Notes: generated from the sequence alone by a model not told the origin. DNA of 64,000 bases from Phoronis australis (GCA_002633005.1 NMRA01000011.1:1624555-1688554); one strand, 5' to 3'. Positions 36,291 through 51,100 are shown, counted from the first letter of the stretch. Translations and numbers: made by a program.

Positions 36291-39200
36291 CGCAATCGGA
36301 ATGCGTAGTTGGCCCGAGACTAACTCTGTTCTAGTCCGTCGCCGGTAATCATCCCGAGTCAAATATCAAATAGTGAGGATTTCGCTGGTAAAAAATTACT
36401 GGTTGTCAGAAGCGATAACCCCGGTTTGCTTAGGTTATCGAATTGGTGGTGCGAAACAAACGTTCTGCGCGGTAGACTTTGTTGAAGCTGATAGCCAAAA
36501 CAATGGAATTGTTAGACCACTTAGTCGGGGAAATTATAAAGTACTTGACGAATTTTAAATGGGTCGGATTTATCCAAAGAATCTCCCGATATTGCAAACA
36601 TTGTCAGAGGTGCGAACAGAAATTCTTTCACAATAGCAGACAAAACAATGTCTTTGCAAAACTATCTTGTTTCGAGAGGAGCAAAAAATGATGTTCAGGT
36701 TACATTGTAAAACATGAATATAGAAGAACCTTTCGGATTTTCTTTGTTCCATAAAGATAACCAATTGCTATAATCGACAATGGCGTCATATAAAATTCAC
36801 AAATATAAAAACCAGTTCGTGAAATTTGTTAAATGCAGCATTCCTGCAGTTTTTCAACCTCAGCAAAGCTGGAATACACAAAATGGCTAAAATAGCAAAA
36901 AATAACCGTATACACTACTTTCAATTCAAGAATAAACACATTTTTCTAAACAAGTAAACACATTTGGCATATTTTTGTTTCGCCCACCAATTCAAATTTT
37001 GTTTTTCAAGCAGTTAATCAGTGGGAATTTAAAAACAGTGTTCTTTTTGTGGTATTGACGTAATTCAAAACCTGATACATCAAGTTGCGGTGCCCTTGTT
37101 CTCTCAAGGGAACAGTAGTCAGTGCACCCCACTAGGAGAGCGCCACGGGGTGCAATCACAACAATAAAACACATGAGACCATTTACTCTTTAGATGCTAT
37201 CGCGTAGATCTTTAAATGAAGTCTTCCATATGCGCCAAATAGTGGCAACGGGTATCGCACTCAACGGGAGCAGGCGTGATCAAAACTGGAAGTTGATCTG
37301 GTAAGGTGAACACAGTTGCCCTTTGTCGTCATTTTTAAACATTCGGTATTTTCAAAGTCAATGGCGTTGGCTTAATCTGAAATATGTTCCGTTCTCGTTC
37401 TCCCACCATATATACGAGACGTTTCCGATATCTTCTTGAAGTCTCGTGTGGATGATACCGCTCATCTTATTCCCGTTTCAATGCGACTCAGTCTCAGATT
37501 CCATTTCTGGTTTCAAAACTCAATTCCAGCTCAGTCACTAATGATATATCGTGCCCACGCAGACCGCAAGTATCCCAAATCCACCAAGGTAGGTGCCGTA
37601 TACACCATAGAACACTATTTGGCAAATCCACGTTTACAGTTCTATGACGGTCAGCGCACAACATTTGTAATGTAGACCACAATGTATGCACCGTGTATTT
37701 GAAGAACATGCGTTCTTCCCAATCTAGACAGACGTGAACTCTTTTGAGACAGTTTTATTTAGCTGAGAACTGCACCAACACTCCGTCATGAGGAGACAGT
37801 GAGTAGTGAGATTAGAGAGCAGACAAAAAAAAACTTACGACTAAGCGACATTGGCCTTGCCTTCATTGTTATGTACACTGAAACGGACGTGTCTACGCCA
37901 GAGGAAATTCATCAGGGAAAGACACTATTTAATAATGGAAATAACTTAGCACAAGATTGAAGTTTTATTTTTGCTCCTGTGAAAAGGCCGTTGCGTACAC
38001 ATGTCAAGAAAGTTTGGCTACGCACCAGTGACCTATGAGACTTTTGCAAACCCTCACTAGAACATGTTCACTTTGATGCTTTCAGAAAATTTCTAAGCAG
38101 AATGTTGCACCCGTTATTATTTGTCCTTAAAATAAGCTAAAGCACGCGTCATAAATGCAGTACATAATTTTAACTGTTTGACTTGTCTTTTTACAGTAAA
38201 CAATTTTTGCCACATATCTGCCACTGAACATCACTATGTACAAAATAATCAGCAACAAGCAGACTAAGTGGAACGCGGTTTATTTTCATTAGGCTGAAAT
38301 TAATGGCACGATGACACGGTAATTCGTCATTTAAAACTAAATCGTCCTCCCGCCGTACGTGGGTGCAATATCTTGCCAATGATAATTTTGTTTAAAAATT
38401 AGCATTACGAAGAGAACATAGACACCTGAAAACAAATTGCAATTAAATAGAAAGCTAGTGCATTATACAGTTCTGCGATGACTAGCGACTACGTAAATCG
38501 CTCAAAATAAAACATGCCCTCGGCGTGGATCGCTCACTCAATTTTGTTTCCGTGTCCGATTATGCCTACGTGAAAAAATCCTTTGGAAAATGTAAATAGC
38601 CAGAGTATTTCAGGACCACAGGTGAACACTGCGAAATATTTAAGTCAAACATATATAAAAATGGATTTGCAATTTTGACGGTAGATTTTTCTGGTAGTAA
38701 GTTATTAAAAATCTTACCGTATAAAATTCAACGAACTTGAGCACGGTCACCAAATAAATAACAGTACTGTCATAACGTTATTTCATCATTGGTTTCGTCG
38801 GTATGCCAAATAACATCGTGTTGTTATTTTACAAAAACCTGTTAAGCATACCCAGATCTCGTTAATTTGTATAACAATTGCTAACCTGTCGCCATCGATT
38901 ACAACCTTCCGGGTTGCTCAACTGTTCTAAACTAAGAACGAGGGCAAACTAAACTGGTGTTTATACTTGGACGTGTCGTTTGAAATTTATGGTCTCCGTT
39001 TACCTGAATATGTTATTTAAACTCAAATCTCTGAATTTAATCAAACGTCTTAATGACTCATGGCGAAGCAATTGCTTTATTTCAGTGTTGAGATGACTCA
39101 AGTCAGCCCTGGTGACGTTATCTCGCGCCAATACAATAAAACCCTAATTTGGAATATTCATAATGTCCGTGTATACAAGACAGTCGGTGGGCATCAAAGC

Positions 39201-40913
39201 CCCTTTCTCATTGTTGTCCAGAACTATAATCATGAGTTAATAGCGCAAAGTCTATTCTCCCACGACGGCTACTGGCTACCGTCATTCACGTTGTAGGCAA
39301 TAAAAGACAAGTGAGTCCTCATAATGCAATGGTTTCATTGAAATCTATTTAATGGCTAGCCAGAAAATGGAATTAGTTTCGTTCTGTCGCCTCTGATAAA
39401 CCGAGTCTTCTTGGACAAAACAGTTGAATCAATCGTCAACAAAGGGCTGCATTAACTGCTACGAGCGAGATTTTAAAATTCTGGCGAAAGAATAACGAGG
39501 CGATAAAATGTGCTGCGGCATTTTGCCACCCACCGAAATGGCCCATATTTGTGTAAATGACCGACAGTGGCGGATTTTGGGAGCGTGTCCCTGCATACAC
39601 AGTAATTAATAAAAACGTTTTGGTCCATAAGTCATTGGTCGCTGACACATGTCTTGATCGTCTGAGGGTGGCGCTCTTAGATCAAGCAAAGTGTTAAAAT
39701 CCTTTTGTCTTGCTGCCACTATGTAGTTGTCTTTAAATTCAAATCAGTTCACTGCAGTGTTGACAAAACTTTAAAAATATGTTACAAAAGTACGACATTT
39801 TCTTTTGATTCTATTTATTCGCCTCAATCAACAATCGATAGACAGCAAAATTGTATTGTTTTTTTTTTTCAAAACTCATCAGTACACATGAAATTAACAA
39901 GACGATGGCTATGACTTGAAATAATTCTCACAACACTTACGTGAATTTAATTGTTTTTCTTATAGAATTTAGATGTTTCCAAATCTAAGTACGCAGTATA
40001 AAAAAGAACGTTTTGACACAATCGTAGAGATTGGACATAGTTTTGAGTATTTTGTCTACAAAAATAACAGATAATGTCACGGCTGTGAAAAACAGAGTAC
40101 ACCATATCAAAATCATGGATCAGTCACCATGTTACTTTATTGTTTTTTAATCTATCCGTGTGGGGTTTACAGCCTAATCAAGTTTGGGACTCAAACAATT
40201 CTGTGTGTGATTTGACAAATTTTTGTGAAACAAAATCAGTCATCTGAATCGCCCTCAGGGATCTTAAGAATGGAAAAGTAAACAGTTGTATGGCTTTAGT
40301 GTTCCTATACTACTGGTAATATAACTGTTGTTTATGACGAATTGGCGGCCCACACACAAACCGCAGGTACGACACAAGTCAACACAGGTAAATATTGAAA
40401 GGGGTGGGAGTTTGTAATTCATTGTTAGCTATTGTTGGCAGAATGTCATGAAACTACGGCTAGAACAGAAAGCTTGCCGACTCGAAGGCGAACATTTCAC
40501 AGTAAGCGACACAAAAAATCGAATTTATACATTAGAAGCTAGTGTTGCTTTAGGAAGTTAGTTGCGAATAGTTTGACCTCTACTAAAAGAATTGCCAGTC
40601 ACACGTGTTAAATTTATTTGTGAAATTCACTCCCGGTTGCATGATTGGTAATGGGCCTCAAGAAAGAAGAAATGTTGATGATTTCTCACATACATGCCTG
40701 CTATTTTTCATCTTTCTTATGTGTTAATGGACGTAAGCTGCAAATTTAGCAGAATTTCGGCCATGTTGCTTTGCTCACTCTAACTGTGAAGCAGTTCTAC
40801 GAAACGTAAATTAATTTGGAGAACAAAAACTGCTATCGCGGAAAATGATGAAATTTCCGGCAAAAAATAATTTGTGGGTTCCACCCTATGCTCTCAATGA
40901 AAATTAATCTTAC

Positions 40914-40938
40914 CTAAAACCGGCGCCGAAAGGACCAT
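40914..40938 (-). CDS. Osr: Osr coding exon 1 (MVLSAPVL + first base of Asp), 25 nt
   Basis: Minus strand reads ccaacATGGTCCTTTCGGCGCCGGTTTTAG|gtaagat: strong Kozak context and a canonical donor. Its phase-1 end matches the phase-1 acceptor at 35974 (G|AT = Asp). Not in the ORF track. Confidence 0.72.
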
Positions 40939-41104
40939 GTTGGTCAAGGATCGCGTTCACTCCTCTTCGCGGACTACCAAAATTGCACGTGCGCGTAAGG
41001 TCGTGAAGTTCTGGTATTTTCACGTGCGGCTCGTGATATATTATTGTTGTTGTTTTCGTTGTTTATGATCCAGGCTGAAGTCGTTCGAGGTGACGAAGAA
41101 ACGT

Positions 41105-41125
41105 CTAATTTAAAGTTAGTGCCAT
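41105..41125 (-). other. Short upstream ORF (MALTLN*) in the putative Osr 5'UTR
   Basis: gcgATGGCACTAACTTTAAATTAG; the only upstream ATG found between 41205 and 40938. Confidence 0.4.
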
Positions 41126-41179
41126 CGCTTCAATTCACTGTTCTACCACCTCAAGAAACAGTTTGCTACTGCTGCAAAA

Positions 41180-41210
41180 TTTATATGACCGACTGGTTGG
41201 CGACTGAATG
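41180..41210 (-). promoter_or_regulatory. Candidate Osr core promoter / transcription start
   Basis: Initiator-like cattCAGTC (TCAGTC at 41207-41202) and TATAAA at 41185-41180 on the minus strand, about 250-270 nt upstream of the proposed ATG. The two motifs would imply different start sites. Confidence 0.4.
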
Positions 41211-44200
41211 GCTTACTGCGAAGACACATGACTATAGCTCGACTGTTTGTATGTGTCTAATCAGTTATGTCAACAGACTTTCTCTTTCCGGAGCGCACGT
41301 GGTACCTGGCACAGAATGTAATATATCATACCTTTGTCGGAATGATTGGCATACGGGCTATAGTACTTATAAACGAAATTTTGACACAAAATACTGTTAG
41401 AAATCAGGGAGTTCATTTTTTGACACAATGAGAGATGTTCGTGTTTTTCACAATATTATGCACCCGTGTTAAACAGAATAAAAATGTAAAAGTTATACAG
41501 TATGGCGGTAGTTTTGCGTAAATCCCGATCGCGCAAAATTGGTATATTCCGCTCAATAAATTGGTCCATGTTGAAAAAAAATTACATTATACATTATATT
41601 ATCAGGGAAACTGGCATTTTAGAACAACGGCAAAAAGTAGCGAAAGAAAAATATTTCTTCCGTTGCCATTATACTCGGATTCTTGATCCGGTGTAGTTTA
41701 CATTAATTTCAAAATTATCTTTCTGCTTGTTTGTTTCTTCGTTTGTTTAACGCATGGATTCCTTTGAATATGGTATTTTGACTTTTTTGACTGGAGTAAT
41801 TGCGCATTATTTTCGTTTTTTTTTTTCATTTCGTTTCCGAGATTTATTATTTTGGTGAAATAAAGTAAACATACAAAAATCAGAGGAGATTTTTTTCCAA
41901 AAGCATGTTTTGAGTAAGTGACGTCTTTACTATATCAATTCTAAGAAAATCAAATCATTCAATAATATTCCATCGACCGCGGTGTGAAACTTACGGCGAC
42001 CTGTGTGCAAACATATTTAGACTGACTTTTGAATGAAATCTGTTACGATAATATTATCGCTCAGGTGTTAAACTGACCAGAACTGTTTCATCCACACCTG
42101 TGTGTGAAATCAGATTTTGCACACTCCGCTCAAACTTGGTGTCATTGTGTTTCTCAGCAGGGGTGTGTGGTGGTAAATAGTTCTATATTTAGGCGCTAAC
42201 AAGCCTGATAAACATGTATGTGTACTCACAACCAGTCTGAGAAAGGCACGTGTATTGTTAACTGTCATATTCATAAGACGGCATCTTTGTGCCACTTGTG
42301 CTACTGTTTTCTCATGTATGTAAATGTCATTGAAATCTTTCTTATTTAAATGAAAGAAGAAATCTGATATAACGTTAAGACGTTGGGCAAACGATCGTAG
42401 TTTTCCAACACATGGTATGCGCGCAAATTTTTGAGCGGCGCTTTAGTAGGTTGTAATATGGCACCACTACATTCCAATTTATAAAACTAACATGCCGTAA
42501 ATTTTGACTCCTTTTCTTTGTTAAAAGCTTTTTTCAATGCTTTGTATATTTGTAAATTATTTGTCACTCTTTTCAATGTTTATGTCGTAAATTTTTGGAC
42601 TGTTCGCGTTGTTAAATACATTTTTCAAAGCTTTATATTTGTAATATATTTGTCACTGTGTTCAATGTTTGACTAACACCTTTCTAGCACGTGTACGGCC
42701 AGCAAGAGTCATATCTGAAAGGTCCTAGTGCGTCAGAGCCATATATATTATCAGTGCATAAATTAAATGGAATTTTGATTTATTGTTTTTCGTATCTCAA
42801 CAAAATGAAGTGAAGTTGCCGACGTTTGTCGCTAACAAACTACATCATACAACCAATGTTTTGAAATAAAAGTTCAGTAACCGCATTAAGCCATTTTCAG
42901 ACGGTCAAATGGTTCGAACCAGCGCTTGATATGTGGTCTCATCTAAAATGTAATTTTTTAGACAAAACACGTTTAGTTTTGTCAAATCCATATTTTAGTA
43001 ATGATTTATGCATTTGCGACGGTGTAAAGGTTATCGTACTATTGGACATTTCTTATTTTGTCACTGTATTCTGTTAATTCCTTCCAACATTGGCGACTGA
43101 ATATCAAATTCAACGTGCAGCCATTTTTCTACTTTTAGTAGACATTTTACGCTATTATAATTACGACAAATCTGTTCACTCTTCACCCATAAACAATTGC
43201 TGGGCGTCCGAGACAGTCCATTTGCTTCGCAGTACCCGGATCGCCTCTGACCTGTACCGCGAAAGACTACGTTCGGAAAATTCCGTTGTGACACTAATTA
43301 TACGTGGACGACTTAGGAATGTGAGAAATGTTGAAGATTTCTCATTGTTTTGAGAATGCAAGTAACGCGATTATGAGACATTCGGAATGTGGATATGTTA
43401 ATGATATATGCAAATAAAGTCTAAATGGAGACTGAAACGGACGAGTGGATACTTTGACGAAAAGGTGAAATCAATTCTCAGTCCGCTCTCACACATTCAC
43501 AGATCTCAAATGATTTTGGATGAGTTTACGAATTTGGAACATGGCTCATTTTCAAATATTACAACCAACTAATTTTTTCACTCTCCAGTGATCCAACGAA
43601 GAAAGACAAGATAAACGACGATTTCTAAAGTAAGCTATGCGTCACAAAATAGCTTTCCCTAATGAAACCAAAACTAAACCTCAGTAAACATTTAATGAAA
43701 TGAAAAGTAGCGTATTTGGTCTCCACTGGTCAAACAAAAATCGATTTGTACTTTAATTTTTTCCTAAATCTCTTTTCATGACGTCACTACCTAGGTGCAC
43801 GTGAACTTAATTCATATCACTGGTGAACGGAAGCTCAAGGGTGCATGCGTGGGCCATTCTTGAGAAAAGCGGATTATTATGTCTGCGAATAATGTGGAAC
43901 AACGTTTTAATAAAAGTAAAACACTTGGTACCTATCGCTCATCCTTAGTGTAAACACGATCAAACAACCAACCATGATTCTGGGGCGCCCCCGAAAAGGC
44001 ACGGTGTATTTATTCCATTAGAACCTACCATAAAATTTCGCACTTCTTTTGTTTCAATTCCATGAAAATGAGTGACTTAACTTCGGTTTCATTTTTACAA
44101 TGAAATTACAACTTGCAGGCAGAAATGTAACGCACACTGGAACAACCGATTCTTGGAAATTTGAAACTTGGCGTTCTTTTTTATGAAGAAAATTGTTTGC

Positions 44201-47200
44201 GTATTTCCTGAAAAATGGCGCAACGCTGATTTTTATTGGCTGTTACGAACACGCGCACTCGCGCAACAACTTGCCATTGCAAAACAAAGACTGATAACGT
44301 CGAGCAGAAGGCGAAGGAGTTCTGAGTATGAGATCAGCAACGCTGCTCTAAGCAGCGGGATATCATTTGAATTTGATGACTGCAACGTAATAAGCGGTTC
44401 ATTGGCCATTTTATAAGCACACATCCTATGGAAATGAGAAATAAACTAACAAACCCTTGGTGACGAAATTCACTGTAGTAAATCGATGCGCAATGTGCTT
44501 TAACTTCCCGGAGTTTAAAAATAGCCCCAACAAAGAGCAGACAAGAGTCATAGCACAGGTGATTATGCAAAATAGCAGCTGACTTTAGGTGCAAGCAAAC
44601 AGCTAAATGGAAACAAGCAAAAGTTTACCTAGGTATTTCGCATGCAAATTGATTGTCCAAGTAGCGCTTGTTTGCAGTTTGCTTAGCGAGTATCACTGAG
44701 TGCGCGCTTATTGGTGGCACCTACTTATATCCGGGGGCAGGGAAATTTCTAAAACATTGTCAAGAAAATACGCATTAACATTCAACAGAGGCGAGGATCG
44801 CCTATAGGCTAGAGTACGATACAGCAGGTCCGCGGACATACAACGTTTAGTTTGCAAAACACACGCCCTGAAGAAGACGTTAGGTGATGTCGAGTCGCAC
44901 CCCGGAAAGGAGACGCTATTTTTGTTTACTTGCACGTTCGTCACCGGCATAGAAGCGAGTAAGTCATAGCTCGAGTATAATATGCAAGGCAATTTACTGT
45001 GCATACCTCGTAGGTAAACAGTCGTCTTTGTCTTAGCAAGTGGACGCGGTCAGAGAGTCTCAAACTCTTGGATCTGAATAAATTAGCGGCAAAAACAAAG
45101 AGAAAGATTGCATATTTTTACAACGAATAATGATTAGATTGATTACTTAGTAGTAGTACAGGTTACTAAAAGTAAAGTTGGATATCTGATGTTGCGTTAA
45201 ATATTCAACTGGAATCACTTTGAATGCCGGACTTTGCATGTCCCACAAATTGAAGCAAATTTCGATAGTTAAATCAATTTACAACAAAAGCTTTATAATT
45301 GGGAGATTTCACGTACTGTCTTGACATTTGCGATACCAAAGAATAAAGTTTCAATAAAAACAGTGACTTGAACGGTTTTCTTATTTTATGAATAGCTAAA
45401 AGGCTTGAATGCTTATGAGGTGTGACCGAGAAGGGGACGCGGCCAGACGTCGTCCTTACAATTTTTTACAGCAAGGGAACGCTCTCCGGCCGCTCCCCTC
45501 AATAAAACTTCATTTGTAGCCTAATTTTAAGTAAACTTCATTTGATGTTTCATTTCTACGAAAATAGCATGTATCGTTACAGCTCTGAATAACACGTTTA
45601 CCCGATTGTGTGGTTGAACTTCCTGGCATTATTATTAGGCCTCAAGCCTGGTACCTTACATGAACGTCGTGTTAATTAGAAGTCGAGCCGAAACCTCTTG
45701 AAACTAAACTCCGATGGACAATTGAATACACTTGAAATTGGGAACGCGTGACAATTTTATACGGAAGTTGAAAGTGCCGCTGACACGAATACACTGCTCG
45801 TGACTAGTAGTTTCACCCAATAGTCAGTAATTAATTCCTTATTATATGTTTGCATTAGTCTGAAAGTTCCTGGGAAATGCCTTCTGATACAAATATTCTA
45901 AATATATTATTGAGAATATTTATCAGTTTCAATTTATCAATCCACGAATGGATTAAAACAATTCAATGTTCATCGACAAGAGTGATGGATGCGTTATCAG
46001 TGTGTTGATTTTTAAAACAGTAAAAATAATTTCCAATGAATATTCAAGTGATTTGCGCTGAGAAAAAAAACAATGAATCTGGACGCCCAAAAATGACCGC
46101 TGCCTTGACAACAATATGCTCGTTTTTTATTTAGTTAAAACTATCGTTAACGAGTTTTAGTCAACCTTATTACCTATTTCAGCGCGACATCGTTTTTAAT
46201 TAAACACGAAGCTTTAAATGCAATTGCGAGCTATTTTTTTTACCAAAAAAATGGTCGGGACAGTGAAATGAAAACACTGAACTTTGTTTTTATAAATTTG
46301 TTAGTAAATGCAAATCCGTCATATTGTAGGGCTGCAAGTAACGAAACATTTTTATCTTATGGTATTATTATTCGATTGATGAAACTTCTGCGTTCTAAAC
46401 TTATGAAAAAAATCTAAGAGTATCACAGCAACGTGTACTAAATAAATATTGTTGCTGCAAGGTGTCATTGAGCGAATGCTTCGACTTGTTGACGTTGCTG
46501 TAACGCAAATCTTGATACACGTACGTCACCGACATTTTCATTCGGTCGGTATCAATTCCCACGAGGTCTAGACTCACCCGCCAAGTTTTCTTATTTCACG
46601 GACTTTGAAAAAACAAATTATGAAAACAGCCTAAATGAATAAGCAACCTTTAATTCTTCAACCTTCATTGGAATCGTTTCTTTTCTTCTTTATGGGTAGT
46701 TACTTACCTCTAACTGTGAAACGCGTTTAATCTAAGTTAAGGGTTTGAATCGTGCTCGCTATGTCGCTTCGGTAATTTAAAACGTGTTCGGTAGCTTTTC
46801 CGCCGATTAACTGCGAGTAGTAATAAACATTACAGCATTATTCTCTAACACGAATGTAGAACCTAGTAGGAACCTGTAAGTATTACATGGTAGTGTATAT
46901 CTTTAGGCTATCTAATTTATTATTACAGTATGAAAGCGCAATACAAAAATACAGTGAAATACCAAGAAACAATTTCAGAACCGACAAAATTGGTCTTAAA
47001 AAGCGTTAGGAGGGCGATTCCGTGTTTGCCCCCCCNCCCCCCCCCCCCCGTTACCTATATTGTAAGATTCTATTTCAACTAAACTCTACCGAGATGGAGA
47101 CTGTCATATCTTCACCTTAAATGGACAAAAAAATTGTATTTTTGGCTAGACCAACATAGATCGGATACTCGATTACTCGATAGCTTTTCTTGTAACGGAA

Positions 47201-47658
47201 AGGAGAATCACAGCATGAGGAATGGCACACTAGCAGGAAGGAATTTTGTCATTAGGCAGTTTACATAAAGATAGCTACAGCGAAAACCCAAATTCAGACG
47301 AAAAAAAACAGCGCATAACTGATACAGATTTTAATACTGTTAATTTTGTTGCTCATACACTAGTTTGATTATAATTTTCACCATTTCCTCATGACATTAA
47401 AATAATTATTTCAATGATGAAAACTAATTCACAACGTAGTGTACTAGAAACATGTTACTTGTCAAAATTTACGAGTGTTTCAGACGGTTATTCCCATGAT
47501 TTGTGTAACAGACAAGTGGTTAACATTATTATCAAAAGTAGTCATACGTAATGAAAGAAATCATCATAAAGTTTCTAGTAGAAACCGGGCTAAGAAGCCA
47601 AGCTCTAGTAATAGAAGACTGGGGAATGGTATGCTGAAATTAATAAAAGCCGGATCTC

Positions 47659-47852
47659 TAATAATAAAGATAATGATAATAACAATAAAAATAACAGGAG
47701 CAATGATGATGATAATAATGAAAATGATAATATAATAGTAATAGCAATTGTTATTTTTATTTTTATTATTGTTACTATTACTATTATTGCTATAGTTGTT
47801 ATTGTCACGATTATTATTCTTGTTGTTGTTGTTATTATTATTATTATTATTA

Positions 47853-47928
<76 letters not shown>

Positions 47929-47980
47929 ATGATAATAATAACGATGATAATAGTAATAGATATTGATAATGATAATCATA
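47659..47980. repeat. Compound (AAT)n/(ATT)n/(AAT)n microsatellite
   Basis: Degenerate AAT to ~47745, ATT to ~47926 (long pure run at its end), then AAT again. Confidence 0.95.
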
Positions 47981-48039
47981 ATGTAAAATCGCGCTTGAGC
48001 TGACTACTGGCAAAGGTGATTTTTTGTCCTCGTAGTTTT

Positions 48040-48153
48040 GTCCAATTAATTTACGCCCGCCCTCTAATAAACGCCAGTTTATGAATAAACGGCGGATCCG
48101 GAGCACGTCTGAAATCAATAAACTCTCGGGCTTCTATTAGAAGTTTTACGGTA
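48040..48153. mobile_element. Right half of a TA-flanked Tc1/mariner-type MITE
   Basis: Ends gggcttctattagaagttttacggTA with internal aataaacg repeats; left TIR not clear. Confidence 0.45.
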
Positions 48154-51100
48154 AAAGTTCATAAGCAGGTAGGCCTAGTACACAATTCTCTCACCTACAC
48201 ACAGAGTGACAATTTGATAAATGTTGCGTTTTATAGCAACTCTGTCTAAGAAGGGATCGTTTTCGGAAAGTTGAACGTAATTTCCGCCTCGTTTTCCTGT
48301 CAGGGCCCCTCTGGACCCCCTTCAGTTTCACATCGTATGTATCACACGCTTCTACCCAACACACTGGCTGACGGACGAAAAAACATGTTTCAACCGTAAA
48401 TTTTTAAGTGGAGCAAAAGCCCTTTATTGACATTTCACGATTCGTTTCTAACTGCGCAGTTGATTGTTTCAGACAAAACATATTTCGAAACAATACTAGG
48501 TGTGAATGCCTTGTTTGACCCATCCTACTAATTAATGGTAGATCAGGTCGTACAGCAAATAGTATGTAAACAGTTTTACTGCCAAATTTATTTAAAACAA
48601 TATGCGTACTCTACAACTAGTTTGCTTGGGAGGAGTTACAAGCTATACACTTGTTGGTGCCTTAGCATTCTGGTCCAAATGTTGCTTTTAGGTCAAATAT
48701 CATGTTATTATTAATGGTACTGTTTACTTGCCTCAGCCAAAACAGTTCAGGCGTCACTAGAACTGTGACACACCTGTCGGGACAAATTAATGGTTACAGT
48801 GTATAATGGGTAAGTATGGACTTACTGAACATTTAGTTTGACGAGTTATAAAATTTCAGTTTTCTCTGTACGGTTGCATCGATGAGCCTCAAAAACCATG
48901 ATACGAAATGTCTTCATATGTAATGTACGACTTAAACCCTGTTTTCTAACTGACACACTCTTCCAGTGCAGCCACAGTCACTGGCGAAAGAAGCGACGAG
49001 GCGTCTTTTTAAATTGAAGGTGGTTCTACATATACAGTAGAGCCGTGTTTCACCTAGTTGTGGCGACATGCTGTCCTGAAGACGTACCACTTTACAATGA
49101 CAATCACCAAAAATCGACAAAATAAAATCTAATGGGGGGTCAATTTCTTGTTGCGGACTCATTATTCCCGTTTTAATCGAGCCCTTATCAGTTTAACTCT
49201 TTTTTGTCTTCTTAAATGTCCAAATATGCGTCCATTTGTCTCGCCTCTCTCGTCAAAAACGGTAGACAGAGCGAGACAGGCGTAGCGAAGCAGTGGATAG
49301 ACCGCGAAACTTGAGATTTACATTGTTGTAGCTACTTAAAATTATTTAAATGCGGGGACATGATATTAGCGGCCTTGAATAATAGGCTTTATCAACCTTT
49401 GATTATGATGTTAGGGACGGAGCTTTTGAAGTTCACTGGGTGTTGCATGGTTCATTGAGATTGAGATCGGATGAAGTTTTCTTCGGTGTTGAATTACATT
49501 CCCTTAGCAAACGTTCAAGGAACACGTCAAGCAAGTTATAATCCACGCGCTGATCTTACTAGAATGCCATTTTCAAATAAAAATGAAAGAAAATTCCACA
49601 CCGTGAAAATTGTAATATTAATCTGTCCAAGACTGATGACTTGTTCTGATCGGTGATAAACGTTGTAAGACAGATATTTTTATTGCACAGTGTTTATCCT
49701 TATTTTCTGGAATATTCTTTTACTTTGGGTAAATATTGTGACGCGTTCTCTACACTTTTTGATCCTTTTCAAAGTGATTCTGACTGTTTGCCATATTTGT
49801 AATGCTAAGAAAATTCAGCCACGTTCTGAATAATCTGAACTTGATTGTTTTTGGATAACGGCACGTGCATTTCTAATGACCAGTACACCCACTTCGTGCA
49901 GAAAACTGTTCACAGAGTGTGTTTGTCTTCACATCATCTCTCATTCAAATCATTGTTTTAGACAATTGACAGACGCGCCCGCAACACTGCCTCAGTCGCA
50001 GGGACGTTCGTTGTTTGCCGGTCGTCGATCCAGTGACGGCCCCATTTCATATGTTACAAGGTGACAAAATAGGGTCCACTGCTTTATTAAAATATTGGAG
50101 TTGAAATTTTGACAGGTCTACCGCGATAGCTAATTTTGACGAAAATAGATTTGTTTTGTCCACTATCGCTGATGACACTCGCCGAAAGATGAAATGTTGC
50201 TCTGAGCATTGAAACAGCCATTAACTTATAAACAATGTTGTTTTGGGCCAAAATAGTAGCAATAGTCTCATCTCAAGCGCACACGTGAAGGTTGAAATAT
50301 CTAAATCAAACATTTCGGATTATTACAAAGAAATCATCGATTGTTAAGGTTAAGTTGGACCTTATTGACAACCTGAGTATTTTGAAAAAATATCAAACTG
50401 AGTAAAAGTATGTATTTTCTGAAAGTGGAAAGCTTGTGGAATTTGATTTTTGATGTTTTACCAAACTTCCATTAATTCGGTCACGTGACAATGCCTGTTA
50501 AGTAAAATTTAGCAAACAGAAAAGTAAAACGATAGCAAAGCAACAGAATCAACAACATGAACACATTTTATTTAGTGTTGACATTAATGCTCTAGACGAG
50601 GTCTCAAACGATGTTATAGTATTCCAAAATATTATTTCGTTATATGCAACTGCATTTTTTCATGAAAATATGAAAATCAAGAAAGTTATACTTTTCGATA
50701 GTCCCTCATGCAAAGCTAAACTAACTTCTAACACCATTTTGAAGAACACTGCATAAGGCATGGCGTCTGAAAGTTTCATATAAATCCAGTCAGTCATTTC
50801 TGAGATATGATGTTCCGAATTTAGTCAAGTTTTGGATCCTACGTAAGGTTAACATGATATCGTGCCAAGTTGTCACACTCCTTTGCGCGCTGTAAATCAG
50901 GAAATATTAGTTCGTCTACTCACATGATTAGACATTCCAACATATGATTCTGTTAATGATGCCAAATAATTCACAGCCTAAGTCATTGTTTTTTTTTTCT
51001 TATTACGATAACTGCTACCTTTTAGGTAACTGATTTCGTCATCACCGGCACAACTAAGACTCGCGGCTTTCCGTACGCCTTGTATTCCTAAGTACAGCTA

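Noticed and set aside
37055-37150. tRNA gene or SINE head on the minus strand
   Set aside because: A/B boxes too degenerate and no cloverleaf; no tRNA or rRNA supported anywhere in the window.
48003-48014. ACTACTGGCA as the right Polinton terminus with a GGCAGC-like TSD
   Set aside because: The preceding sequence does not match the reverse complement of 8302-8340, the flank is GGCAAA, and it would enclose the whole Osr gene.
47475-48118. Poly-N/I/L ORFs (also 51677-51941)
   Set aside because: Translations of AAT/ATT microsatellites.
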